From: Candidatus Omnitrophota bacterium
Lineage (GTDB): Bacteria > Omnitrophota > Gorgyraeia > Zapsychrales > JANLHA01
Length of the DNA stretch: 32,000 nt
NCBI GenBank assembly: GCA_963662715.1
Contig: OY759724.1
Span: 2,790,001-2,822,000 of the forward strand
Direction of reading: 5' to 3'
The translations under genes and the position numbers were made by a program. The notes below the pieces were generated by a model. The model had not been told where the DNA came from. It searched no databases and saw nothing but the letters and a program-made list of their open reading frames with translations. The first letter of the stretch is position 1; each line of letters begins with the position of its first letter. Positions 7,758-15,342 of this stretch are shown piece after piece.

Positions 7758-9521
7758 GTCCGTAATTTCAAAAAGGGATTTTCCTGTAAAATAATATATA
7801 AAACAATAATGTCGTCGAGATTATGAAGTATAATAGAGGTGTCCGAATAAAAGAAAGGAGCCTCTTGAATGTTAAAGAATCCCCAAAACCAAGCCTCATT
7901 TTTTGATGCTGAGTATATCTGCGAAGACTTAATCCCTGCCGATAGTTACTACCGCAAGTTCAGGGAAATAGTCTTCCCGCTCATGGATGAGTTGGATTTT
8001 GAATCCATGTATTGTCAGGATAATGGCCGTCCGCCGATCTCGCCGAAGTTGTTGGCCATGGCGTTGCTGTTGCAATTCCATAAGAATTTGTCAGATCGGG
8101 GAATGGAGCGGGCATGCATGTATGATATTGAGATCAAGTATGCCTTGGGATTAAAACTCAACGAGCGACCGTTCGATCATTCAAGTCTGGGAGATTTTAG
8201 GAAGCGATTGTATGAGCATGGACAAAGCAAGAGGGTTTTTGACCAGATACTCAACAAGTTGATTGAGGCAGATTTGATAGAGCGTGATGAAATTCAGCGG
8301 ATTGATGCGACGCATATGATTGCTGATATTGCGATACCGACGGTGGTGGCGTTGGTCAAGAAAGGCATTCGTGAAATATTAAAACCGTTGAAAGGCCAAA
8401 AGCCCGAGTTATACGCTAAGGTTATAAAAAATATCGATGTCGAAGAATATACGCGGGAAAAAGTCAACCAGGCGGATGAAGGACGGCTGGATATTGAGAA
8501 ACGGCAAAGAAAGCTGGTCAAGGTCGTTACCGATGCGCGAAACCTTTTGAGAGAAGTCGAGGATGTTAACATGAGTCGTGGATTGCGAAAGCGGATTGAA
8601 TTGCTTCAGAGGATACTGCAGGAGAACGTTAAGGAAGCCGACGAGGGCAAGATTGAGGAACGCAAATATAAAGATAAACCGCCGGACTTGCTGGTAAGTC
8701 CGATTGACGAAGACGCGCGGTATGGCGCAAAGTCGGATACAAAAAGATTTATGGGATACAAGGCAAATGTGACAGAGAGTGTGAAAAATCGGTTGATCAC
8801 AAATATTGAAGTGATGCCCGGAAACAGACGGGATGGTGAGCCGACAGTGAAGATGGTGGTGGAGCAGAAACTGAACGGATTAGTCCCTAAGAAGCTGGTA
8901 GGAGACGCGGCGTACGCGGACGGGATGTATAGAAAATTGCTCAAAGATAATGAAACCCTGCTGGTCGCACCGTTAAGAAAAGTTAATGAAAGTGCACAAA
9001 AAATTTACCCCAAAAGCATGTTTTATTACGATGAGAAAACAGGAACAGTAACGTGTCCGCAAGGCGTAAAAACAAAAACATGTTTTGAAGATCGTCGCCA
9101 TGGGTTAAAGCAATTTCATTTTCCGATGAGCGCGTGCAATCAGTGTGGCGTTCAGAAAGAGTGTACAAAAGCAAAAGAAGGACGCCGGACGATAGGGATC
9201 AGTATCTTTAATAAAGAGCTGCGCGAAGCCGAAGTATACAACGAAACAGAACAATTCAAAAAGGACATGAAGCTGCGTCCACCGATTGAAGGAAAGCTGT
9301 CGGAGTTGACGCGGTATCACGGCTTAAGGCGCGCACGATATCGAAGGTTATATAAAGTGCGGCTTCAGGGTTATTTTACAGCGGCTGCGGTGAACATCAA
9401 GCGGTGGTTCAAGCTGATTATCGAAGGAATAGCAAGGCACCCGGAGGTTGCGATGGGCTTTTAGAAGATTGAAGGGCGTAAAATAAGTGCGCCCCAAAAA
9501 TAATGCTCTTTGAAACTGGAC
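7758..9521 (+). mobile_element. IS1182-family insertion sequence (boundaries tentative)
   Basis: Contains the single 531-aa transposase. The candidate imperfect terminal IRs are GTCCGTAATTTCAAAAAGGGATT (7758-) and GTCCAGTTTCAAAGAGCATT (reverse complement of -9521). It separates immunity gene 7377-7754 from a 5'-truncated Rhs orphan. Confidence 0.5.
7869..9464 (+). CDS. IS1182/IS5-like DDE transposase
   Basis: The N-terminus FFDAEYICEDLIPADSYYRKFREIV...GRPPISPKLLAMALLLQFHKNLSDRGMERACMYDIEIKYALGL matches the InsH-N/IS1182 pattern. The C-terminal Cys-rich region and LRRARYRRLYKVRLQGYFTAAAVNIKR are typical of the family. Confidence 0.8.
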   Translation: MLKNPQNQASFFDAEYICEDLIPADSYYRKFREIVFPLMDELDFESMYCQDNGRPPISPKLLAMALLLQFHKNLSDRGMERACMYDIEIKYALGLKLNERPFDHSSLGDFRKRLYEHGQSKRVFDQILNKLIEADLIERDEIQRIDATHMIADIAIPTVVALVKKGIREILKPLKGQKPELYAKVIKNIDVEEYTREKVNQADEGRLDIEKRQRKLVKVVTDARNLLREVEDVNMSRGLRKRIELLQRILQENVKEADEGKIEERKYKDKPPDLLVSPIDEDARYGAKSDTKRFMGYKANVTESVKNRLITNIEVMPGNRRDGEPTVKMVVEQKLNGLVPKKLVGDAAYADGMYRKLLKDNETLLVAPLRKVNESAQKIYPKSMFYYDEKTGTVTCPQGVKTKTCFEDRRHGLKQFHFPMSACNQCGVQKECTKAKEGRRTIGISIFNKELREAEVYNETEQFKKDMKLRPPIEGKLSELTRYHGLRRARYRRLYKVRLQGYFTAAAVNIKRWFKLIIEGIARHPEVAMGF

Positions 9522-9561
9522 CAAAAGTCCAACGGCGGAAAAATACCGGGTTTTCAGACGG

Positions 9562-10050
9562 TATCATGTCCACAATAATCCGATAAATTTTTTAGATCCC
9601 TTAGGATTAGCAGACGTTAATTTAATTAGTCCTCGGAGTAAGAAGGAGAAAACAAATTATGATTTAATGAAACAATATAATCCTAAGCACTTTTTTGTTG
9701 TAGGGGCACATGGAACATATGATGCAGAGAAAAACGTATTTCATGTTGTAGACAACAGAAGGCGTAGGCGCCGTTATCTAACTCCACAAGAATTAGCCCA
9801 AATAATTGTATATTCTGGAATTAAAGAAGGCGAGGTTGTATTATTAGCACTTTGTGAATCTGACGCTGGTGAAGCCTTTGAGCTGTATGTCCAACAATTA
9901 GCAGATGCTCTCAGAGAATTAACTGAAGGGAAAAATATGGTTGTTGTTGCTCCTGCTGGATATTTAAGGTTAATAAAGTTTAGAACAACAGATGTAATAT
10001 CAATAGTTGAAGATGGGGGTTGGGAACCATATGTCGGTAGAGAAAATTAA
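9562..10050 (+). pseudogene. orphan Rhs C-terminal cassette 2, 5'-truncated next to the IS1182 element: ...YHVHNNPINFLDPLGL plus a ~147-aa tip with a candidate His/Cys dyad
   Basis: In frame with the tracked ORF 9667-10050. PxxxxDPLGL lies at 9595-9609. Tip motifs: FFVVGAHGT and VVLLALCESDAG. Confidence 0.7.
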
Positions 10051-10060
10051 ATGAGGTTTA

Positions 10061-10399
10061 ATGATGATGCTTGAAACGAAGAGATATTTACTAAGGACAT
10101 TGTATACTTTAGTTCTAGTTTTTTTGGGCTTTATTTTTTTTGTCCCCCTGAAAACTGATCTATATAAACCTAACTGTCTTTCTTCGTTTAGTGAGAGGAG
10201 AAAGAAAAAATTAGCCATGTCGGGTAATTATGATGCCGTTAAGGATTTGTTTGATCACTATTTAGTATGCCGTCAAGATGTTAATACTGCACTAAAATGG
10301 ATGGAAATAAGTGCCAATCAGGGTAATGTTGATGCTCAATTTACTTTTGCATATTGGAATAAACTTAGGGATAAGAATAAAGCATGTAAATGGTTCTGA
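10061..10399 (+). CDS. putative immunity protein for orphan 2 (N-terminal TM helix plus a Sel1-like repeat); 3' end replaced by the IS end
   Basis: ALKWMEISANQGNVDAQFTFAYW fits the Sel1/TPR-like repeat consensus. The TGA stop (10397-10399) is the first three bases of the IS terminal repeat TGACCCACCCCCC. Confidence 0.55.
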   Translation: MMMLETKRYLLRTLYTLVLVFLGFIFFVPLKTDLYKPNCLSSFSERRKKKLAMSGNYDAVKDLFDHYLVCRQDVNTALKWMEISANQGNVDAQFTFAYWNKLRDKNKACKWF

Positions 10400-10461
10400 C
10401 CCACCCCCCAAAAGTTGAGCCACTTTTTGTGATAGAATAATGATAACAGAAAGGGGCAAAA

Positions 10462-10737
10462 ATGGGTAAAAGATTCAAATCAGAAGAAATAATTACGAAA
10501 TTACGAGAAGTTGAAATACACCTTGGTAAAGGGCTGGACACCGGAGATGCCTGCCGACAAGCGGGCATATCGGAACAGACCTATTACCGTTGGCGCAAGG
10601 CATACGGCGGGATGAAAATAGATCAAGCCAAGAAGTATAAAGAGCTAGAACGGGAGAATACCCGATTAAAGAAACTGGTGGCTGACTTATCATTAGATAA
10701 CGCTATTTTGAAGGAAGTCAATGAGGGAAACTTCTAA
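10462..10737 (+). CDS. IS3-family transposase OrfA (HTH)
   Basis: [77 protein letters not shown] resembles IS407-group OrfA. Confidence 0.85.
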   Translation: MGKRFKSEEIITKLREVEIHLGKGLDTGDACRQAGISEQTYYRWRKAYGGMKIDQAKKYKELERENTRLKKLVADLSLDNAILKEVNEGNF

Positions 10738-10759
10738 GCCCGGCCAAGAAACGCCGGGC
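10725..10759 (+). promoter_or_regulatory. programmed -1 ribosomal frameshift signal: slippery heptamer G_GGA_AAC plus a 7-bp GC hairpin
   Basis: GGGAAAC (10725-10731) is in X_XXY_YYZ register with orfA. The orfB frame opens at 10725. The stem is GCCCGGC (10738-10744) / GCCGGGC (10753-10759), 6 nt downstream. Confidence 0.65.
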
Positions 10760-10763
10760 GATT

Positions 10764-11615
10764 ATGTGGGCGAAGGAGAAATTCCCCAAAGTATCAGAAA
10801 GGCGGTTGTGTAAAATTCTTAGCCAAGCAAGATCAACACAGCAATATAGATGTTCAGGCCGATATGATGAAGGAGCATTAGTTGAGGCTATGATCAATAT
10901 GGTCAAGCAATATGGACGGTATGGATACCGAAAAGTTGCTGAATTGTTACGCGAATCGGGCTGGATGCCATTAAATGATAAACGAGTCGAACGTTTATGG
11001 AGACGGGAAGGTCTTAAAGTTCCGATGAAACAACCTAAACGAAGGAGGTTATGGCTGAATGACGGTTCCTGCATCCGATTACGGCCAGAACATCACAACC
11101 ACGTCTGGAGTTATGATTTTGTTCATGACCGGACATCAAATGGCCGACCAATAAAGATGTTAACGATCATTGATGAGTATAGCCGGGAATGCCTGGCCAT
11201 AGAAGTTGGGCGCAAACTCAATTCCAGGAATGTGATTGATGTTTTATCTCGATTGTTTATTGAAAAAGGAGTGCCGTTATATATTCGTTCGGATAATGGG
11301 CCGGAATTTATCGCTGAACGCGTCCGTTGGTGGTTGAGAAGGATCGGAGTGGAAACGTTGTATATTGAACCGGGAAGCCCTTGGGAAAATGGATATATTG
11401 AATCCTTTAACGGGCGACTACGGGATGAGTTGTTAAATCTGGAAATTTTTGATACATTGTATGAAGCTCAGGTGTTGGTGGAACGCTGGCGGTGGGAATA
11501 TAATACGATCCGTCCGCATGGATCATTGGGTTATAAGCCTCCGGCACCGGAAGCTATTCAACCAAGATGGCTTCAGCCATCTCCGTTAAACTCTCACAAC
11601 TTTTGGCACAACTAA
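10764..11615 (+). CDS. IS3-family transposase OrfB (rve integrase-core DDE); probably made as an OrfAB fusion by -1 frameshifting
   Basis: WSYDFVHD...RSDNGPEF...[17 protein letters not shown] is a DDE/rve pattern. It lies in the -1 frame relative to orfA. Confidence 0.85.
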   Translation: MWAKEKFPKVSERRLCKILSQARSTQQYRCSGRYDEGALVEAMINMVKQYGRYGYRKVAELLRESGWMPLNDKRVERLWRREGLKVPMKQPKRRRLWLNDGSCIRLRPEHHNHVWSYDFVHDRTSNGRPIKMLTIIDEYSRECLAIEVGRKLNSRNVIDVLSRLFIEKGVPLYIRSDNGPEFIAERVRWWLRRIGVETLYIEPGSPWENGYIESFNGRLRDELLNLEIFDTLYEAQVLVERWRWEYNTIRPHGSLGYKPPAPEAIQPRWLQPSPLNSHNFWHN

Positions 11616-11628
11616 TGGGGGCAGGTCA

Positions 11629-11991
11629 GGCTCGATTGGATTGTCGTTTTTAAGGGCAGCGAAGGCGAGGGGAAAAAATCCAATATTAGGCAAACAACGA
11701 GTAGGAAGTGGATTAAAGGATGATTTTGTAAAACCTATATATGATGATAGTGGAAGAATAATAAAAGAGTTTCCTGCTAAAGCCAAAGCACATGGATTCC
11801 CCGATATTATTGACAATTTTGCTTCTGGGGCTAAAAAATTTAGACTTAGAAAAGGAGTCAATTTATACCAATTAGAAGGATCATATAATGGTGTTGAAGG
11901 AAGATTTGAATGGATTGTTGAACAAGGTAAAGTAACTCATCGAATGTTTGTTCGTGGAGGAAAAATAACAGGAGGACCTATTGTACCATGA
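11629..11991 (+). pseudogene. orphan toxin tip A: only the last 15 codons of the shared pre-toxin module (GSIGLSFLRAAKARG) remain, fused to a ~105-aa tip of unknown family
   Basis: 11629-11674 matches 13442-13487 and 15730-15775 almost exactly and begins immediately at the IS right end. Tip motifs: AHGFPDIIDNFA and GVEGRFEWIVEQGKVTHRMFVRGG. Confidence 0.7.
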
Positions 11992-12530
11992 AAGCTGATT
12001 TAAAAGAGTTTGAAGATATCTTTCCTATTAACTGGACTACCTTACTACTTGGATTAGAGGGGCCTGGGAATTATTTGAATGTTATTTCTACACTTGATGT
12101 AGTTAATTATGTAGAGCAAAAAGTTAATAAAGATGCAATTATTTGTAATCAGCTTGTGATGAGTTTATCTAATTATTCTGATGATAAGACGGCTTTGATT
12201 GCTTGTTTAAGAGAATTAATAAAGACTGAAGATGAAGATATGGATGTTGAACTTAAGAAATGGCAATTGTATTTATTGAAAAAGACTATTGCCTCATTAC
12301 CAGAGGATCCTATTCATGGTTTGATTATGTTAACAGATTTTTGGGAGAAATTTGATTATCCTGAAAATAGCCCTCATAAAGTACAAGGAAAGGATGTCTC
12401 AACTCATCCCAATGACTATTATACTAAGGATAATTATATTAGAATTGTACAACAACATGAAAATTGGCTAAAAAATGAAATTGTAAAGAGGATGAAAGTG
12501 CCAGTCCCCAGAAAGGGACATAATACTTAA
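11988..12530 (+). CDS. putative immunity protein for tip A (180 aa, cytoplasmic, unknown family)
   Basis: ATGA overlap with the tip A stop. AT-rich. The last 12 codons (MKVPVPRKGHNT) are encoded by the cassette-end repeat. Confidence 0.55.
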   Translation: MKADLKEFEDIFPINWTTLLLGLEGPGNYLNVISTLDVVNYVEQKVNKDAIICNQLVMSLSNYSDDKTALIACLRELIKTEDEDMDVELKKWQLYLLKKTIASLPEDPIHGLIMLTDFWEKFDYPENSPHKVQGKDVSTHPNDYYTKDNYIRIVQQHENWLKNEIVKRMKVPVPRKGHNT

Positions 12531-12754
12531 TTCGGCCAATCCTCACCGCCGATCCGATCTTTTTAACCTTTAGTTTTGTCGTTGTTCAGATGCAATGCAT
12601 TCGTTCACGGTTCCAAGTTCACTCATGCATATACATCTGAACCGGTACCCGTTCTTCGCGGAAGATACATTTGATCTTTGATAAATTAATATCCTGTTTT
12701 GTTGCTCTCTGACGAATCGTATCCAAGAGAGAGTTGTTATCACTTGTCTCTGAC
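12495..12754. repeat. cassette-end repeat plus ~250-bp inter-cassette spacer, copy 1 (uninterrupted)
   Basis: About 98% identical by eye to 14101-14192 + 15343-15499. It contains the small hairpin GTCCC-CAGAAA-GGGAC and the empty IS target CATT at 12598-12601. Confidence 0.85.
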
Positions 12755-12823
12755 CTGTCGGTCAGTTTGCTGCTTTTGCAGCAACAAATCTCCCTGCCGG
12801 AGCTTTGAGACAAGTTTTTTACT

Positions 12824-13780
12824 TTGGACAGGAACTCCAACACGTATTATTATCATTATGACGGTAATGGTTCAGTGACAGAAGTGACTGATGCCTCTGG
12901 GAATATACAAGAAAGTTATACATACAGTCCTTATGGCCAGTCTTTGATCTTTGATGATTTGGGCGCACCGTTAACCTCCAGTAATATTGAAAATCCGTAT
13001 ATGTTTACTGGACGTCGCTGGGATGACGAGACGGGCATTTATTATTACCGGGCGAGGATGTATGATCCGGCGATAGGAAGGTTCCTGCAGAGAGATCCGG
13101 TGGGTTATGCGGATAGTATGAACCTGTATTCCTACGCGGGGAATTCCCCGGTGAATGCCTCTGATCCTTTGGGGTCAAGGATTAAGTGGAACTGGACGGG
13201 GGCGTGGAGGTCTATAAGAAACAATGCCGGTGCTTTTCTTGTCGCGGCTATCGGTTGTGCTATTTTGCCAGAAACTGCTTTAGCAGCGCTGGCCGGAAGT
13301 TTTGCCGCACAGATATTGGCAGCCGCAGGGCTGGCGGGGTTAGGCTGGCAAGCCCAGCAAGTTCTTAACCGGTTTCGTTCAAAGAAGCTGTATGATGATC
13401 CTCTCACCACCGAGATGCTCATGAACGTCTTCATCGGTTTAGGCTCGATTGGATTATCGTTTTTAAGGGCAGCGAAGGCGAGGGGAAGAGTAAGAGGATA
13501 TCGTGCTGTTTCTAATGCAGAATTAGACGATATAGCAGAGTATAAGGGCTTTAGACCTGATCCTAAAGGTCGGTCAATGGAAGATAAGTGGTTTTCTGAA
13601 ACTAGAGAAGGGGCTGAGAAATTTTCAAATATGTATCCAGAGTTGGAAAACATAGTCGAAGCCGAAGTCCCAAAATCAGTTTATAACAAAGCTTATCACC
13701 ATCCCAATATTGATAATACAGGGCCTGGTTTTGCTATTCAACCAGAACAACTTCCTAAAGTAAAGCCTATTATAGAGTGA
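12824..13780 (+). CDS. orphan Rhs C-terminal cassette B: ~115 aa of Rhs core homology (to ...NSPVNASDPLGS), a ~105-aa hydrophobic pre-toxin module, and a ~97-aa toxin tip B
   Basis: DRNSNTYYYHYDGNGSVTEVTD...YYYRARMYDPAIGRFLQRDPVGY parallels main Rhs residues around 5710-6070. DPLGS lies at 13163-13177. The only possible start is TTG. Confidence 0.85.
   Translation: MDRNSNTYYYHYDGNGSVTEVTDASGNIQESYTYSPYGQSLIFDDLGAPLTSSNIENPYMFTGRRWDDETGIYYYRARMYDPAIGRFLQRDPVGYADSMNLYSYAGNSPVNASDPLGSRIKWNWTGAWRSIRNNAGAFLVAAIGCAILPETALAALAGSFAAQILAAAGLAGLGWQAQQVLNRFRSKKLYDDPLTTEMLMNVFIGLGSIGLSFLRAAKARGRVRGYRAVSNAELDDIAEYKGFRPDPKGRSMEDKWFSETREGAEKFSNMYPELENIVEAEVPKSVYNKAYHHPNIDNTGPGFAIQPEQLPKVKPIIE
13213..13487 (+). 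repeat. shared pre-toxin module, copy in cassette B (encodes IRNNAGAFLVAAIGCAILPETALAALAGSFAAQILAAAGLAGLGWQAQQVLNRFRSKKLYDDPLTTEMLMNVFIGLGSIGLSFLRAAKARG)
   Basis: Near-identical to 15501-15775 (about 10 mismatches by eye). Similarity stops exactly after the AKARG codons. Confidence 0.9.
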
Positions 13781-13788
13781 GGTGTCAT

Positions 13789-14085
13789 ATGTTGATTTTA
13801 GAAGCAGCTGTCGTTTGGATTAAACCAGAGTTTGGTGGTAGATCAATTAAACCTTTAATAGGTTTAAGACCGATCATTAGATTTCAGAAATACATCTCGG
13901 AATGGTTAAGTACTGCATGGGATGTTGAGATTATTGATCTTGATATCGATAATGACGATTGGTCTGGCAAAGTCAAAATGAAATTTTCTGGGAATGCTAC
14001 ACCAAAAAAAGAATGGCTGAAAAAAGGAGAATTGATTGAATTGTTAGATGCTTACAGAGTGATTGCTATAGGGAAAATAATTTAA
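13789..14085 (+). CDS. putative immunity protein for tip B with EF-Tu domain III-like sequence (98 aa)
   Basis: A GAGG Shine-Dalgarno lies at 13779-13782, and the ATG is 8 nt after the toxin stop. [28 protein letters not shown] compares with E. coli TufA [54 protein letters not shown] compares with [26 protein letters not shown]. Confidence 0.6.
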   Translation: [98 protein letters not shown]

Positions 14086-14100
14086 CGAAGAAATAAATAG

Positions 14101-14192
14101 AGAAAGGGACACAATACTTAATTCGGCCAATACTCACCGCCGATCCGATCTTTTCAACCTTTAGTTTTGTCGTTGTTCAGATGCAATGCATT
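14101..14192. repeat. cassette-end repeat plus spacer, copy 2, left part (interrupted by IS copy 1)
   Basis: Matches 12511-12601 with 3 mismatches. It ends with CATT, the duplicated target. Confidence 0.85.
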
Positions 14193-14206
14193 TGTAATGA
14201 CCCTAG

Positions 14207-14998
14207 TTAAGCAAGGATTTTTTTGTGTAGATCGAGTTCTTTGTTAATCCATCTTTTGTAAAACTCTTCAGGCGTAGCGAAGAATAATGCCTGATGAGGG
14301 AAATCGGTGTTGTAATCGTTGATCCAACGCTTGAAGTCATCTTGAAGATCAAATGGGTTGTCCCATTCATTGATCCAAATGAAATCTTCTTTGATTCTGC
14401 GGATGACGCGTTCGGTGTCAGCATTGCCTTTGGGGTTGGACCAGGTTGAGAAGATCTGCTTGATGCCGGCCAGTGAACAATTAAGCCTGAAGCGCCCGCT
14501 GGTGGGCTGACAGCCATTGTCCGAGATCAGGTGCAGGTCATGATTCAGTGTGTCTTTGATGCCGTTTGGGAATCGGTTGTTGATGGCCATTTCCAGGGCA
14601 TCCAGCCAGTCATCAGTCTTTGACTGGATGTTGAGGCTATAGCCGATAATTTCTTTGGTATACCAGTCTAGGACGATGGTCAGATAGAACCAGCCCCAGG
14701 TCGCCAGTTTGATTTTTGTCATATCGATACCCCAGAATTGATTGGGGTGAGAAGCTCGTGGTTTCCGGCGGAGGTTGCCACGCTTGGCCTTCAAGCGATC
14801 GTTGGGTTGAACCGTTAATTGATTTTCTTGCATGAGGCGTTGGACACAATTTTTGCCAATTTTGTAATGTTTACGGTTGTTTAAATAGGCCCAGACTGAA
14901 CGGTATCCCCAGAGGGGATGTTGCTTTTTAATTTGTCGGATTTTGACTAAATGTTTTTGGTCTTGTTCGATACGCTTTAGAGAACGGCGTCTTTTCAT
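14207..14998 (-). CDS. IS3-family transposase OrfB (rve/DDE)
   Basis: WGIDMT...LISDNGCQP...NADTERVIRRIKED is a DDE triad pattern. It lies in the -1 frame relative to orfA, with an ATGA overlap. Confidence 0.85.
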   Translation of the reverse strand: MKRRRSLKRIEQDQKHLVKIRQIKKQHPLWGYRSVWAYLNNRKHYKIGKNCVQRLMQENQLTVQPNDRLKAKRGNLRRKPRASHPNQFWGIDMTKIKLATWGWFYLTIVLDWYTKEIIGYSLNIQSKTDDWLDALEMAINNRFPNGIKDTLNHDLHLISDNGCQPTSGRFRLNCSLAGIKQIFSTWSNPKGNADTERVIRRIKEDFIWINEWDNPFDLQDDFKRWINDYNTDFPHQALFFATPEEFYKRWINKELDLHKKILA

Positions 14999-15300
14999 AA
15001 CTCGTACTCGTTTTTTTTTAGTTCAACGGTCAAGTCGCCGATGATGCGTTTGAGTTTGGCGTTTTCTTTTTCAAGACGTTGCTCTTTCTGGGACTGTTGT
15101 TTGATGTCAAAGGCCATATGGCATTCTTTGAGGAACTGGTCGCGCCATTTGTAATATTGGGTTTGGCCAATTTGGTATTTGTTACAAAGTTTACTGATGT
15201 CGATTTTCCCGCTGAGGCCTTCAAGCACGATTTGGGTCTTTTGTTGGCTGGTCCATTGGCGTTTTTTCATGGGAATTGGGCTCCTTTCCTTGGAACTCAA
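14995..15300 (-). CDS. IS3-family transposase OrfA (HTH); an A9 slippery run just before its stop (T9 at 15011-15019 on the + strand)
   Basis: KRQWTSQQKTQIVLEGLSGKIDISKLCNKYQIGQTQYYKWRDQF is an HTH_Tnp pattern. The -1 frame is open from the A-run into orfB. Confidence 0.85.
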   Translation of the reverse strand: MSSKERSPIPMKKRQWTSQQKTQIVLEGLSGKIDISKLCNKYQIGQTQYYKWRDQFLKECHMAFDIKQQSQKEQRLEKENAKLKRIIGDLTVELKKNEYEL

Positions 15301-15342
15301 TTCTACACCATTTGTTTAAATTTGTTAACTAGGGTCACTATA

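Larger units (their letters stand above)
10397..11628 (+). mobile_element. IS3-family insertion sequence, IS407-like group
   Basis: TG...CA ends with imperfect IRs: TGACCCACCCCCCAAAAGTTGAG on the left and TGACCTGCCCCC..CCAAAAGTTGTG on the right (reverse complement). It has orfA/orfB in 0/-1 frames. No matching target duplication is visible at the flanks. Confidence 0.8.
14193..15342 (-). mobile_element. IS3-family insertion sequence, 1150 bp, copy 1
   Basis: IRs are TGTAATGACCCTAGTTAAGCAA and TATAGTGACCCTAGTTAACAAA. The 4-bp direct repeat CATT lies at 14189-14192 and 15343-15346. The paralogous empty site is at 12598-12601. Confidence 0.9.

Noticed and set aside
9537-9561. Alternative right end of the IS1182-family element (GGAAAAATACCGGGTTTTCAGACGG)
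   Set aside because: Position-by-position match to the left-end candidate is only about 12/25. The 9496-9521 candidate aligns better, at about 19/26 with gaps. The boundaries remain tentative either way.
12619-12843. 74-aa minus-strand ORF inside the conserved inter-cassette spacer
   Set aside because: There is no SD or ATG context I can defend. The second spacer copy does not preserve the same ORF, because it is broken by the IS and by the deletion junction. The conservation is explained at the DNA level.
13488-13780. Reading tip B as an R-S-E ADP-ribosyltransferase (YR at GYRAV, FSET, EAE in IVEAEVP)
   Set aside because: The domain is only about 97 aa, and the spacing between the putative R, S-x-T and E-x-E elements is much shorter than in known ARTs. 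Three short motifs can arise by chance. It is kept only as something a profile search could test.
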